DNA of 64,000 nt. Source: a virus. Shown here one piece after another: positions 35,080 to 43,638 of this stretch. Numbering within the stretch: the first letter of the stretch is position 1; every line of letters begins with the position of its first letter. Both the position numbers and the translations under genes were made by a program. The stretch lies in the IMG/VR virus record IMGVR_UViG_3300028840_001735; one strand, given 5' to 3'. Below the pieces are notes generated by a model. It searched no databases. It saw only the letters and a program-made list of their open reading frames with translations, and was not told where the DNA came from.

Positions 35080-35772
35080 TTATCCTGTTACTTTCGATTT
35101 AAGAACTTCAGGTAACGGAATCCTTGAATCTTTATTTCCTGAACTAAATTTACAAATAATAACCTGTTCTTCAGGAATAATTCGATCGCCGGAATAACCA
35201 TCTGGTAGTTTGTCTTGTATAAAATCAAGAATCTCGTTTACTACCGTCACCTGTCCTCTATACGCTTCTATATATTCTACACTGTTTTTAAAAGCAGTTT
35301 GAACATCTTTTTCTAGCTGTTCTTGTGCTTTCTTTTTTACTAATTCAAATTCAGCTTGCGCTTCATCTATCAACGGTTGTTTGATTTTATTTGCTATCTC
35401 CTTTGTTTTCGACTCTTTAGCTAAAAGTTTATAAGAAAACAATTCACCAATTTCTATTCTTATTTCTTCTTTATTTCCGTTATTCTTTTCTGTTTCTTGT
35501 TGTCTAGCTTTGTTCCTTTTTTCTCTTGCTATAGCCCTCAATTCACTAGCGGTTAACTCTTTAGGTTCTTCTGGTTTAGGTTCTTCTGGTTTAGGTTCTT
35601 CTGGTTTAGGTTCTTCTGGTTTAGGTTCTTCTGGTTTAGGTTCTTCTGGTTTAGGTTCTTCTGGTTTAGGTTCTTCTGGTTTAGGTTCTTCAACCTCAAC
35701 AGATTTTTCGGCTTCTACCGCTACCAATTTCGGCTTCTTTTTTGTTTTCTTTACTTTCTTTTTTGTAGCCAT
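35080..35772 (-). CDS. (EEPKP)n-repeat protein with coiled-coil C-terminal half
   Basis: 230 aa. A Lys-rich N-terminus is followed by 8-9 consecutive EEPKP units and then a helical charged region. Confidence 0.6.
   Translation of the reverse strand: MATKKKVKKTKKKPKLVAVEAEKSVEVEEPKPEEPKPEEPKPEEPKPEEPKPEEPKPEEPKPEEPKPEEPKELTASELRAIAREKRNKARQQETEKNNGNKEEIRIEIGELFSYKLLAKESKTKEIANKIKQPLIDEAQAEFELVKKKAQEQLEKDVQTAFKNSVEYIEAYRGQVTVVNEILDFIQDKLPDGYSGDRIIPEEQVIICKFSSGNKDSRIPLPEVLKSKVTG
35561..35695 (-). repeat. perfect 15-bp tandem repeat (ttaggttcttctggt x8 plus one partial)
   Basis: The repeat is read directly from the sequence and encodes the EEPKP units. Confidence 0.95.
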
Positions 35773-35800
35773 TTCTTTTTATCCCTTCTATTTTTGTTGT

Positions 35801-37867
35801 TTACAATACACAAGTTACGCCGAGATCAACGATATATTCCGTTGAAGTTACAGCCCAACCTACACGTTTTACAGCATCTCCGGTTCCTGAAGGTGCTGTT
35901 CCTACTGGGCGCCCTGTGCCGTCTGGCAAGAACAAAGCACTACCAGGGGTAAACGACGCACCGCTATCAGTAACCTTTGAACCATTCTTGGCAAACCTAC
36001 ATATAACAGTACCACCAACATCACCGGTACCGCCTGTAATAGCTATACCTGTAACTTTACTGTTTGTATTACTATTACCATTACCTAGAGTGATCCTACC
36101 AGATGTACTTGAAGCGGCAACAACATCACCGGCAGCAATTACAACGGTATTTTCAATTGGCAACTCTTGAACGTTTACACCATCTACATCAACCCTTTCA
36201 ACTAAAGCGTTAACTGCGCCGATTATAGAAGTAACACCGTTCAAAATCTCATTAGAACCTGTCTGGTCCAATGTACGATCAGAAGATTGACTAAGTGTAA
36301 TCCCGCTATTACCGACATCATCAAAAACAAGTTCGGCGGCAGCAGAATCTAAACTCAAATTCCCCGCCGACGTTGCTATAGTAGAACCGGCACCACCATC
36401 AATAGTGAAACCACTTGCACCGGCGTTTAGATCAATAAGGATTGCATCAAGTTGTATCTCTGTAGATGAAGCATTACCTATAGCAATCGTTCTAGCTGCC
36501 GCACCTGTACCAATATTTATATTCTGTGCAACCGCATCAGCGCCGATACTAATTGCACCGCCACTACTTTCAATAGCGATCGCACCTGTAGCATCTAATT
36601 CCATAGTTGCTGTGTTTACATCCAATAAAGCAACCGAACTGATCGCCAAAGTTCCACTTGTAGTCGTTGACAAAGTTAGATTAGCACTATCAACAGTGAA
36701 ATTCGAAGCGCCAGCAGCATTAAGCTCAATAGCACCATCTGAGTTTACATCTACTAAATCACCGTTTATCTCTATTTCTGTAGAGCTTGCGCTACCTACA
36801 GTAATCGTTCTGGCACTTGCACCAGTACCGATGTTTATTGCACCTGTATCAGTATCAACACCTATGTTGATTGCACCGGCGGAACTATCAATGTTAACGC
36901 CGGCGGCTCCATCGGCGTTTATCACACCAGCACCGGCGGCAGTCAAAGTTAAATCCTGTCCAGATGTAGGTGTAAGACTAACAGCACCGGCGCCGGTAGC
37001 TTCTATAACACTGCTACCACCATCTTGAACATCTAACGCTGATCCAGATCCAGTTGTGTTTAGCTGCAATAGAGTTCCACTTCCAGCAGTTGCAAAACTT
37101 GCGCCGATTCCAGTTGTGTTAGCACCCATATCAAGCTCTAATGCAATACCAGCAGTAGATGAACCCGGTGCCCTATGAATCTTTAATACGGTAGTCGTAT
37201 CAGTAGCCGTTGAATTTTCTAAATCGATTATACCATTTCCACTTGTTACATCAATCGTGTTTCCAGTAGCATAAGTAGCTTGTAAAGTACTAGCACCGCC
37301 AGAAATAGCATCATCAAGATCGTCAAGCATAGTCATCAGATCCGTAGATGAAGAAGCACTGATCAATGATGGATCTACACCGATCGAATATGCACCGGCA
37401 TTCGTTCCACTTGCAGCAAGATTGTAAGCGGCAGCATCAGGACCATTATCGTTTACAGCTATCAACCATAACTCTGCTAAATAATCACTAACACTTGAAC
37501 CTATATGTACCAATCCAGCCCCAACAGTTAGATCGGCATTTAGGTTTACAGTATCAGAAGTACCGCCACCTATATCTATTGTATCGCCGCTATTATCACC
37601 TAAATCCACATCACCATTAGCGGCAAACGTTCCGGTAATAGTTGACGACGTTGTAATCGTTTCGGCGCCATCAACGGCGAAATCACCCAAAACTCGAACG
37701 GTTTCACCTACAACACCTAATCTAACTTCGTCACTTGCTCCAAGTGTAGCACCTATAACTAGATTGCCACCGGATCTTGGTTCTATAGCGTCAATATTCA
37801 AGGCATCGGCGACTAAGAACTGATCCGCTCTACCGACAGTAGTATTAATTTTTAGTGGAATTGCCAT
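35801..37867 (-). CDS. Ala/Gly/Thr/Ser-rich fibre protein
   Basis: 688 aa of low-complexity beta-strand-like repeats (GAINIGTGASARTITVGSASSTEIEINGD / GAISIGADAVAQNINIGTGAAARTIAIGNASSTEIQLDA). The N-terminal domain is shared with 34304..35077. Confidence 0.55.
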   Translation of the reverse strand: MAIPLKINTTVGRADQFLVADALNIDAIEPRSGGNLVIGATLGASDEVRLGVVGETVRVLGDFAVDGAETITTSSTITGTFAANGDVDLGDNSGDTIDIGGGTSDTVNLNADLTVGAGLVHIGSSVSDYLAELWLIAVNDNGPDAAAYNLAASGTNAGAYSIGVDPSLISASSSTDLMTMLDDLDDAISGGASTLQATYATGNTIDVTSGNGIIDLENSTATDTTTVLKIHRAPGSSTAGIALELDMGANTTGIGASFATAGSGTLLQLNTTGSGSALDVQDGGSSVIEATGAGAVSLTPTSGQDLTLTAAGAGVINADGAAGVNIDSSAGAINIGVDTDTGAINIGTGASARTITVGSASSTEIEINGDLVDVNSDGAIELNAAGASNFTVDSANLTLSTTTSGTLAISSVALLDVNTATMELDATGAIAIESSGGAISIGADAVAQNINIGTGAAARTIAIGNASSTEIQLDAILIDLNAGASGFTIDGGAGSTIATSAGNLSLDSAAAELVFDDVGNSGITLSQSSDRTLDQTGSNEILNGVTSIIGAVNALVERVDVDGVNVQELPIENTVVIAAGDVVAASSTSGRITLGNGNSNTNSKVTGIAITGGTGDVGGTVICRFAKNGSKVTDSGASFTPGSALFLPDGTGRPVGTAPSGTGDAVKRVGWAVTSTEYIVDLGVTCVL

Positions 37868-37873
37868 TTTTTA

Positions 37874-38224
37874 TTATCTCCTTAACGCTTCAGGAACCTG
37901 AACGTTTTTAAACTTTGAATCGATATCATTATCTAAAGTAATCGGTTTATCTATTTGTTCAAAAAAATAACCTGGTTCGTTTTTTTCACCATCTATAGAT
38001 GTATTCTGAGGTACATACATATTTTCAATCATACGTTGCGCATATTCATCGCTTATTCCAATAGTACCACCTATAGGAACCTTTAAAAAAGGACATCTTT
38101 TTTTGTCTAATACTACTGTTTTACCGTTATCGTTTACTTTACTAAACCTAACTCTAAAAGTCATGAATCCATCTTCTATAAACGGTTCTGCATAGTTTGT
38201 CAACCTATAATATTTTTTAGCCAT
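37874..38224 (-). CDS. hypothetical protein
   Basis: 116 codons with an ATG start, tightly packed. Confidence 0.45.
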   Translation of the reverse strand: MAKKYYRLTNYAEPFIEDGFMTFRVRFSKVNDNGKTVVLDKKRCPFLKVPIGGTIGISDEYAQRMIENMYVPQNTSIDGEKNEPGYFFEQIDKPITLDNDIDSKFKNVQVPEALRR

Positions 38225-38232
38225 TTTATAAC

Positions 38233-38808
38233 CTATAATAAATAATGTTCACCAGGTTGAAACAATAAAGTATCTGTATCTATTGCAACACCTATTCGTT
38301 GTAATATATATCCTACAGTACTAGGCGGTGTTTCTGTTATCGCACCTTCAGTACTCAAAAACTGTTCAGCACCCGCTGTTAACCCTGTAAACCCACCTAT
38401 AACATATCCTGTAAACATAACTACAGCAGTAGTTGAATCTGTTTTACTGATCACAATCCCAATAGCAGGGATCGTACTAGTCGAAGTATTATCTGCTTTA
38501 TCTGCCGTTAATGCACCAGTAGAGTAAACAATATCTCTAACACTTACATCTGAAGGTACCGTAAAAGATTGCGGGGTTGGTACAGATAAAGACTTGTAAG
38601 CACCATCATCGGCTAAATAGTTAGTACCAGCGCCCGAACTTGTAATAGGTACACCGTTTATTTCATTAACACTTACAATATCATTACTGTTTAAATCTAG
38701 TTCGGCGCCGATATCAACCTGAGTAGCATTTGGCATACCTATTTCAACTACATCGCTATCTCCATCAATAACGACTTTAGTATTTTCTATGTCAACTCTA
38801 CCAGCCAT
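38233..38808 (-). CDS. fibre-like protein
   Basis: 191 aa. The segment LDLNSNDIVSVNEINGVPITSSGAGTNYLADDGAYKSL resembles common phage tail-fibre segments. Confidence 0.4.
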   Translation of the reverse strand: MAGRVDIENTKVVIDGDSDVVEIGMPNATQVDIGAELDLNSNDIVSVNEINGVPITSSGAGTNYLADDGAYKSLSVPTPQSFTVPSDVSVRDIVYSTGALTADKADNTSTSTIPAIGIVISKTDSTTAVVMFTGYVIGGFTGLTAGAEQFLSTEGAITETPPSTVGYILQRIGVAIDTDTLLFQPGEHYLL

Positions 38809-40430
38809 TAATATCTACCTATAAATCCATGATATAAACTTATAAATTGAGCATTTGTTACCAATTCACTTATTGTATGAAAACTCTCACCCCAATTGCT
38901 ACTAAAATCATTACCTCCGCAATTCATAGTTGGTAAAGGATAAACCGAAGGAACATGAATTATACCACCCATTTCAGTTTGAAATCCAACTGTAGAACAT
39001 TCAAACTGAAAACCATCTGTAATCATATTCTCTATAAATACATGTGACTTATGTCTACTACGTAATCCTCTTTGTGCTCTTAAATATATAGCGTTAGCAG
39101 CTATAGCATATGCATCTATAAACGAAGTATAATTAGCTAAAAGTCCAACTCTCGAATTGCTACTGGCACCAAACCACATCGGATGATAAGCAAAAATATA
39201 AAGTATAGAAAAGTACCCTGTAACACATGGATATAAACCCCAAAATGAACCACCTACTAAATAATTTATTGAATGATCTGTAAAAGATATAGCATAACAA
39301 TTAGCTACACCATAAAAATTCATAGAATTCACTTCTACTACATTTGTCGTTCTAGAGGTTAAACCCCAACCCCTCCATTCTGTGTTACTATCTAAACTCA
39401 AATCATTATAAGCATCAACGGCAAAAACATCAGGATGGATCATTGAATCAGTACCGGCAGTAAGTCCACTGCTAAATCCAACAAAAATAATATGTTCAAC
39501 AAGTTCTATACCATAAAGCCCTACAGCAGATGAGTTTATATTTAATTGTGTAGCAACAGAAGAATCAAATTTGAAGTTGGCAAAATTTATTTTAGAAGCA
39601 CCACCTAAAATATCGTTTGCCGGTTGCCGTTCACCACAATCTTGAGCGATTATATAACTCGAAACTGAACTTGATATATAAATAATAGTTTCAGGTTCAA
39701 CGATCCTATAAGTATCATCCTCGCTTATAGTTGCACTAAACGGCAAATTTACAACTATATCTTGGGTATCGTTATGATGAATAGAACGTCTATCGCCGGC
39801 GGCATCACCTGTCAAAATCTCAATAGTACGCCCAAAATGTTCACCAAAACCATCAAACTCTGTATCACTTAAACCAGAAGATCTTACTGAAATATTAGTA
39901 CTTCCAGCTAAAGCTGCCGTTGAAGAAACTATTTCTGTAAAACCATCTGTTCCACCACCACCGCCATCGCTTATAACCCATATATTAGCATTTAAAATTT
40001 TATTTTTAAATACTGGCATGTCATAACCATTACCAGCGTGCGGTCCTACATGGATAATTACAGTATGGTTTATAGTATTTGGCAATAAATCTACTGCCGC
40101 TTGTAACGTTTCTAAAGGTGAAACACTAGTACCTGGATTATCATCATCGCCATCGGCGGCTCTAACATAAAGATCTACATCGGCAACAGTTTGTTCACCT
40201 GTCAATAATGCTTTTAACGAAACATCACTACCAAATACACTTACAGGATCATCATGCCAATTGCCAGAATCATCGCCGTGTATAATCCGCTTTAACTGAC
40301 TTAACAAACCTTCAAAAAAATCAGACAGATTAGTAGAACTAGATTCAACATCACTTACAGCAGTTCCGTCAAGTGTGTCATCAAAGGAATCTGGTTTAGC
40401 TATCTGTCTAAATCTTTTTAATCCAGCCAT
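38808..40430 (-). CDS. beta-helix-like protein (possible spike/depolymerase)
   Basis: 540 aa. LETLQAAVDLLPNTINHTVIIHVGPHAGNGY is reminiscent of the N-cap of pectate-lyase-fold proteins. This is a weak call. Confidence 0.3.
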   Translation of the reverse strand: MAGLKRFRQIAKPDSFDDTLDGTAVSDVESSSTNLSDFFEGLLSQLKRIIHGDDSGNWHDDPVSVFGSDVSLKALLTGEQTVADVDLYVRAADGDDDNPGTSVSPLETLQAAVDLLPNTINHTVIIHVGPHAGNGYDMPVFKNKILNANIWVISDGGGGGTDGFTEIVSSTAALAGSTNISVRSSGLSDTEFDGFGEHFGRTIEILTGDAAGDRRSIHHNDTQDIVVNLPFSATISEDDTYRIVEPETIIYISSSVSSYIIAQDCGERQPANDILGGASKINFANFKFDSSVATQLNINSSAVGLYGIELVEHIIFVGFSSGLTAGTDSMIHPDVFAVDAYNDLSLDSNTEWRGWGLTSRTTNVVEVNSMNFYGVANCYAISFTDHSINYLVGGSFWGLYPCVTGYFSILYIFAYHPMWFGASSNSRVGLLANYTSFIDAYAIAANAIYLRAQRGLRSRHKSHVFIENMITDGFQFECSTVGFQTEMGGIIHVPSVYPLPTMNCGGNDFSSNWGESFHTISELVTNAQFISLYHGFIGRY

Positions 40431-40431
40431 T

Positions 40432-40794
40432 TTAACACTCTAAAACAGGATTAAAAACCGATTTGCCGGTTTTAGTTAAACTAATCCTAGTTGCCCTTTG
40501 TGTTAAGTGTACCATAACAATAACACGGGTGTCATCAATTTGTGTAATAATACGTTCCCCGCCCTTAAACTTTTTTGACGAAACACTATCAAGGTGTTCG
40601 GCAGTCATAAAAATTTTATCATAACCTTCAGGGCGAGGAACAGAATACTGTGTACCATTATGTGAAATAGTTAAACCAGTGATTATGTTTTGAAAAGAAC
40701 TGTCTTTAGAAAAACTAAACCACTGTTTAGCCTGTTCTTTGTCATCTAAATTGAAACAAAGTGTTTTTCCAGTTGTAAGATGTACACGCAACAA
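40432..40794 (-). CDS. hypothetical protein
   Basis: 120 codons. A TTG start is preceded by AAGGGAGTG, with no in-frame ATG nearby. Confidence 0.45.
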   Translation of the reverse strand: MLRVHLTTGKTLCFNLDDKEQAKQWFSFSKDSSFQNIITGLTISHNGTQYSVPRPEGYDKIFMTAEHLDSVSSKKFKGGERIITQIDDTRVIVMVHLTQRATRISLTKTGKSVFNPVLEC

Positions 40795-40839
40795 ATTGCA
40801 CTCCCTTGAATTGTTCCAAACAGGAGGCTTTACTTTTTT

Positions 40840-41124
40840 TTACTCCTCAGTACCCAAATCGTTACTACTTACAATTCTTGTGTACGATATCGGTTTAGAT
40901 CTCATAGTATCAACTTTTTTCTTAGTTTCTTGTATACGCATTAAATCTGAAATTTCTGGGAAATTCTCATTGATATAATCGTATTCAGATTGTGTAATCT
41001 TAATGATAGAAGAAGGTCTAAGGTGTAAAGCACCTTTACACGATCTATCTTCAACTTCATCAGGAAAATCAACCTGTTGCGCCCTAAGTTTCCTAGAAAC
41101 TAATATATGTAGTAAACTAGTCAT
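40840..41124 (-). CDS. hypothetical protein
   Basis: 94 codons with an ATG start and an 8-nt overlap with the upstream gene. Confidence 0.45.
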   Translation of the reverse strand: MTSLLHILVSRKLRAQQVDFPDEVEDRSCKGALHLRPSSIIKITQSEYDYINENFPEISDLMRIQETKKKVDTMRSKPISYTRIVSSNDLGTEE

Positions 41125-41416
41125 TAGTCATTTTCCTTTTGACTTTTTTCCGTTTAATCTTAGGTGTAGGACTTTCTGTATCTACACTCGGCGTTGGTTC
41201 CTTTTCTTCTTCTTTAGGAACTATATTTTTCTTTTCAGGAATTGGATCGGGTTCTTTTTCTTGTAGTTTACTTACAAGAAAAGACGAATTGTTTTTACAA
41301 TAATCAACTTCAGGAGTTTGATCACTGATGACAACAGTCCGATCTTTTATATATTTTCTACCACTAGGTGAAATAAACGTTGCACTTGTCTTTAAGGTTA
41401 CATTATATAATGCCAT
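41117..41416 (-). CDS. hypothetical protein with Pro/Glu/Lys-rich tail
   Basis: The start is placed at ATG 41416 (MALYNVTLK...) rather than the track's GTG at 41437. Confidence 0.45.
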   Translation of the reverse strand: MALYNVTLKTSATFISPSGRKYIKDRTVVISDQTPEVDYCKNNSSFLVSKLQEKEPDPIPEKKNIVPKEEEKEPTPSVDTESPTPKIKRKKVKRKMTND

Positions 41417-41450
41417 GCTTGAGCCCTTTCCAAACACATGGTTTACGGTT

Positions 41451-41482
41451 TGTAAACCAAAAGGCGGCTTGATTAACCGCCT
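41451..41482 (-). terminator. intrinsic terminator after the major capsid gene
   Basis: The minus strand reads AGGCGG-TTAATCAAG-CCGCCT followed by TTTTGGTTTAC, starting 18 nt after the capsid stop. A second small hairpin (GGTTTAC/GTAAACC) follows. Confidence 0.5.
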
Positions 41483-41499
41483 ATCGGTTTACTCACTTG

Positions 41500-42696
41500 T
41501 TATACACCAGTACCAATATTAGTACCCTTTACGAGTGCAGTTACTTCTTCAACCTGACAAGAAACCTTAGCGTGCATACAGTATTCATTACCACGCTTAT
41601 AGATGTTTCTATCTTTTTCTAGTGTTAGATCTCTACCGATACCTATAATAAAGTTATCCATATGAGTAAGAATAACTTGCGGATTTGCTTGATAAGTGAT
41701 CTTACATACATCACCATCGCCGATCGAACCACCGGCATTACGCGCTATAGTTCCAGCAGTATAATCCATATCATAATCAGTACCTTCAGTATATGCTGCT
41801 GTAGGTGTAGTAGATAAAGCACTCGGCAGGACGTTCTCGCCGGCAGATACAATTGGATTATATCTTAGACTTACAGCGGTAGTTCCACTAAGTGTTACAT
41901 GCTCAACAACTGTTGGGTTTAGAGCCATCAATGGAACCTCAACAATAGGAATTCCATAAGGTGTTTGAGTCTCACCGGCGGCGGCACTATCACCACGCGG
42001 CGTCATGCGAGTTGCGAATTTTTCAATATAAATCTGCGCCAGATCAGGCGACATAAAGAAACGCAAATCCTTTTTGTTTCTGCGAAACTTAGTCGGCATA
42101 GCCCTAATCATTGCACCGAATACACTTAGACCAATATTTGTACCGGCATGATCTACAACGTTTCCACTATCAGCCAAACGCAACCAACCGTTAAACAGCG
42201 CCAAAAAAGCATCCTTAACATACTGAGTAGTAGAACCACCATCAAGGATATCACCTTCAATAGAAGCTTGTCCAGTTGTATCGCCGTTTATATAAAGTGT
42301 CTCAAGATCATTTGCCAACTGCTTTGCAAACATTTTCATGATATGATCTTCAACACTTTCACCTTCTATATTCAACTCTTTAAAACCATCTGAAATCTCA
42401 AACGGTACAATGATTTCTTTTGGTAGAAGGCTGATCTTTGAAGTAGTTACACCACGCCGATTAGACGGTGCAACCATTTCAGTCGCCGGTTGTGCGACAC
42501 GAGTGCCAATACCGATCTTATCAATGTCAAGTTGCTCATTCCTAAACTTAACAACTCTGGCGTTATCTTTCAGGACGGTTTCTTGAACCAAATAATCTAT
42601 AAACTTATCCTGTTGTGCGGGGTTAAGCTTGCCGTAGGTAGCTAGAGCATCCGCCGCAGTAATCGCCGCTTTCTGGGTTAGCTCTTCATTAGTCAT
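41500..42696 (-). CDS. major capsid protein (HK97-fold type)
   Basis: 398 aa, directly after the scaffold gene. The N-terminal pattern LNPAQQDKFIDYLVQETVLKDNARVVKFRNEQLDIDKIGIG is typical of this capsid family. SD AAAGGAGAA precedes the start, and a terminator follows the gene. Confidence 0.75.
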   Translation of the reverse strand: MTNEELTQKAAITAADALATYGKLNPAQQDKFIDYLVQETVLKDNARVVKFRNEQLDIDKIGIGTRVAQPATEMVAPSNRRGVTTSKISLLPKEIIVPFEISDGFKELNIEGESVEDHIMKMFAKQLANDLETLYINGDTTGQASIEGDILDGGSTTQYVKDAFLALFNGWLRLADSGNVVDHAGTNIGLSVFGAMIRAMPTKFRRNKKDLRFFMSPDLAQIYIEKFATRMTPRGDSAAAGETQTPYGIPIVEVPLMALNPTVVEHVTLSGTTAVSLRYNPIVSAGENVLPSALSTTPTAAYTEGTDYDMDYTAGTIARNAGGSIGDGDVCKITYQANPQVILTHMDNFIIGIGRDLTLEKDRNIYKRGNEYCMHAKVSCQVEEVTALVKGTNIGTGV

Positions 42697-42750
42697 CTTT
42701 CTATTTTCTCCTTTATAGAGTTTATATTGTTTAATTACTAGGACGTTTGC

Positions 42751-43638
42751 TTACAGCAAGCCAGTCCAAATATTACCATCTGTATTCTTTTGTACCAGTT
42801 TATCTTCTGAAGACTTAGGCGCCGGACGTGTTTCCTCGATCTTAGAAACGCGTCCGCTAATATCTTCAAGGCTCTTTTTGATCGGTGCAAAAACTTCTTC
42901 GATCGACTTAGTAACAGAATCAGTATTTTCACCTTTAGATACCCACTTAACATCAGCAGGTAACGCTGTTTTAGTTAGATCAGAAATAATACCTTTTACA
43001 GAATCGGGATCTACACTTACCAACATACCTAACAGTTGTTCGGTAGTCTTTTTAAGTGTAGCTGTTCTCTCACCTGTAAACCGTTTATTCTTTTCAAGAT
43101 CTTCAACATTAAGAAGTTCGCCGTTTTCTCCCAACTGAAAAACGATAGACTTTTTAACTTTATTTTTCTCTTCATCCTCATCTTTTTCTTTATCATCGGA
43201 TTTTTTCTTGTCCTCTGATTCTTCCTTCTCTTTTTCTTTATCCTTATCCTCTGCTTTTTTCTTTTCTTTGTCGTCTTCTTCCTTTTCTTTATCCTCTGCT
43301 TTTTCAACTGGATAATCGCCAGGTTTTAGTTGACTAAGAAAAGTAACTATAGAATCAATATCCTCATTAGGAACACTCTCACTATCTGAACTTTTGTTCA
43401 AGTATTCCTTGATGTTAGTTATTGACTTAACTAGATCCACCGGCAAACCGGCTTTTTCTAGCGTTTCGTTTGTTAGTCCATTATTAGGATCAAACGCACC
43501 CATGGTTTTAACCTCCTCATTTCTTTTCCAGAGTAAAAATTCACGCAAGATTGCCGGTTTATCAACTATGGAAACCTCACGAGTATCTAAACCGAGAATT
43601 TCTCGGGCATCTTTTTTGCTTTTATTTTTAGTAATCAT
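42751..43638 (-). CDS. scaffolding protein
   Basis: 295 aa, with a highly charged helical centre (KEKEEDDKEKKKAEDKDKEKEKEESEDKKKSDDKEKDEDEEK). It lies between the protease-domain gene and the capsid gene, with an ATGA overlap upstream. Confidence 0.65.
   Translation of the reverse strand: MITKNKSKKDAREILGLDTREVSIVDKPAILREFLLWKRNEEVKTMGAFDPNNGLTNETLEKAGLPVDLVKSITNIKEYLNKSSDSESVPNEDIDSIVTFLSQLKPGDYPVEKAEDKEKEEDDKEKKKAEDKDKEKEKEESEDKKKSDDKEKDEDEEKNKVKKSIVFQLGENGELLNVEDLEKNKRFTGERTATLKKTTEQLLGMLVSVDPDSVKGIISDLTKTALPADVKWVSKGENTDSVTKSIEEVFAPIKKSLEDISGRVSKIEETRPAPKSSEDKLVQKNTDGNIWTGLL

Noticed and set aside
35510-35845. Plus-strand ORF with (GLGSS)n
   Set aside because: It is the antisense reading of the (EEPKP)n 15-bp repeat.
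36405-37028. 207-aa plus-strand ORF inside the 688-aa fibre gene
   Set aside because: This is an antisense artefact of an Ala/Gly/Thr-rich (GC-rich codon) gene. Its product is low-complexity and it has no RBS.
43029-43307. Minus-strand alternative-frame ORF (Lys/Arg-rich) and plus-strand ORF 43036..43218 within the scaffold gene
   Set aside because: These are frame-shifted readings of a purine-rich GAA/AAA/GAT stretch. The scaffold frame is longer and is start/stop-coupled to its neighbours.
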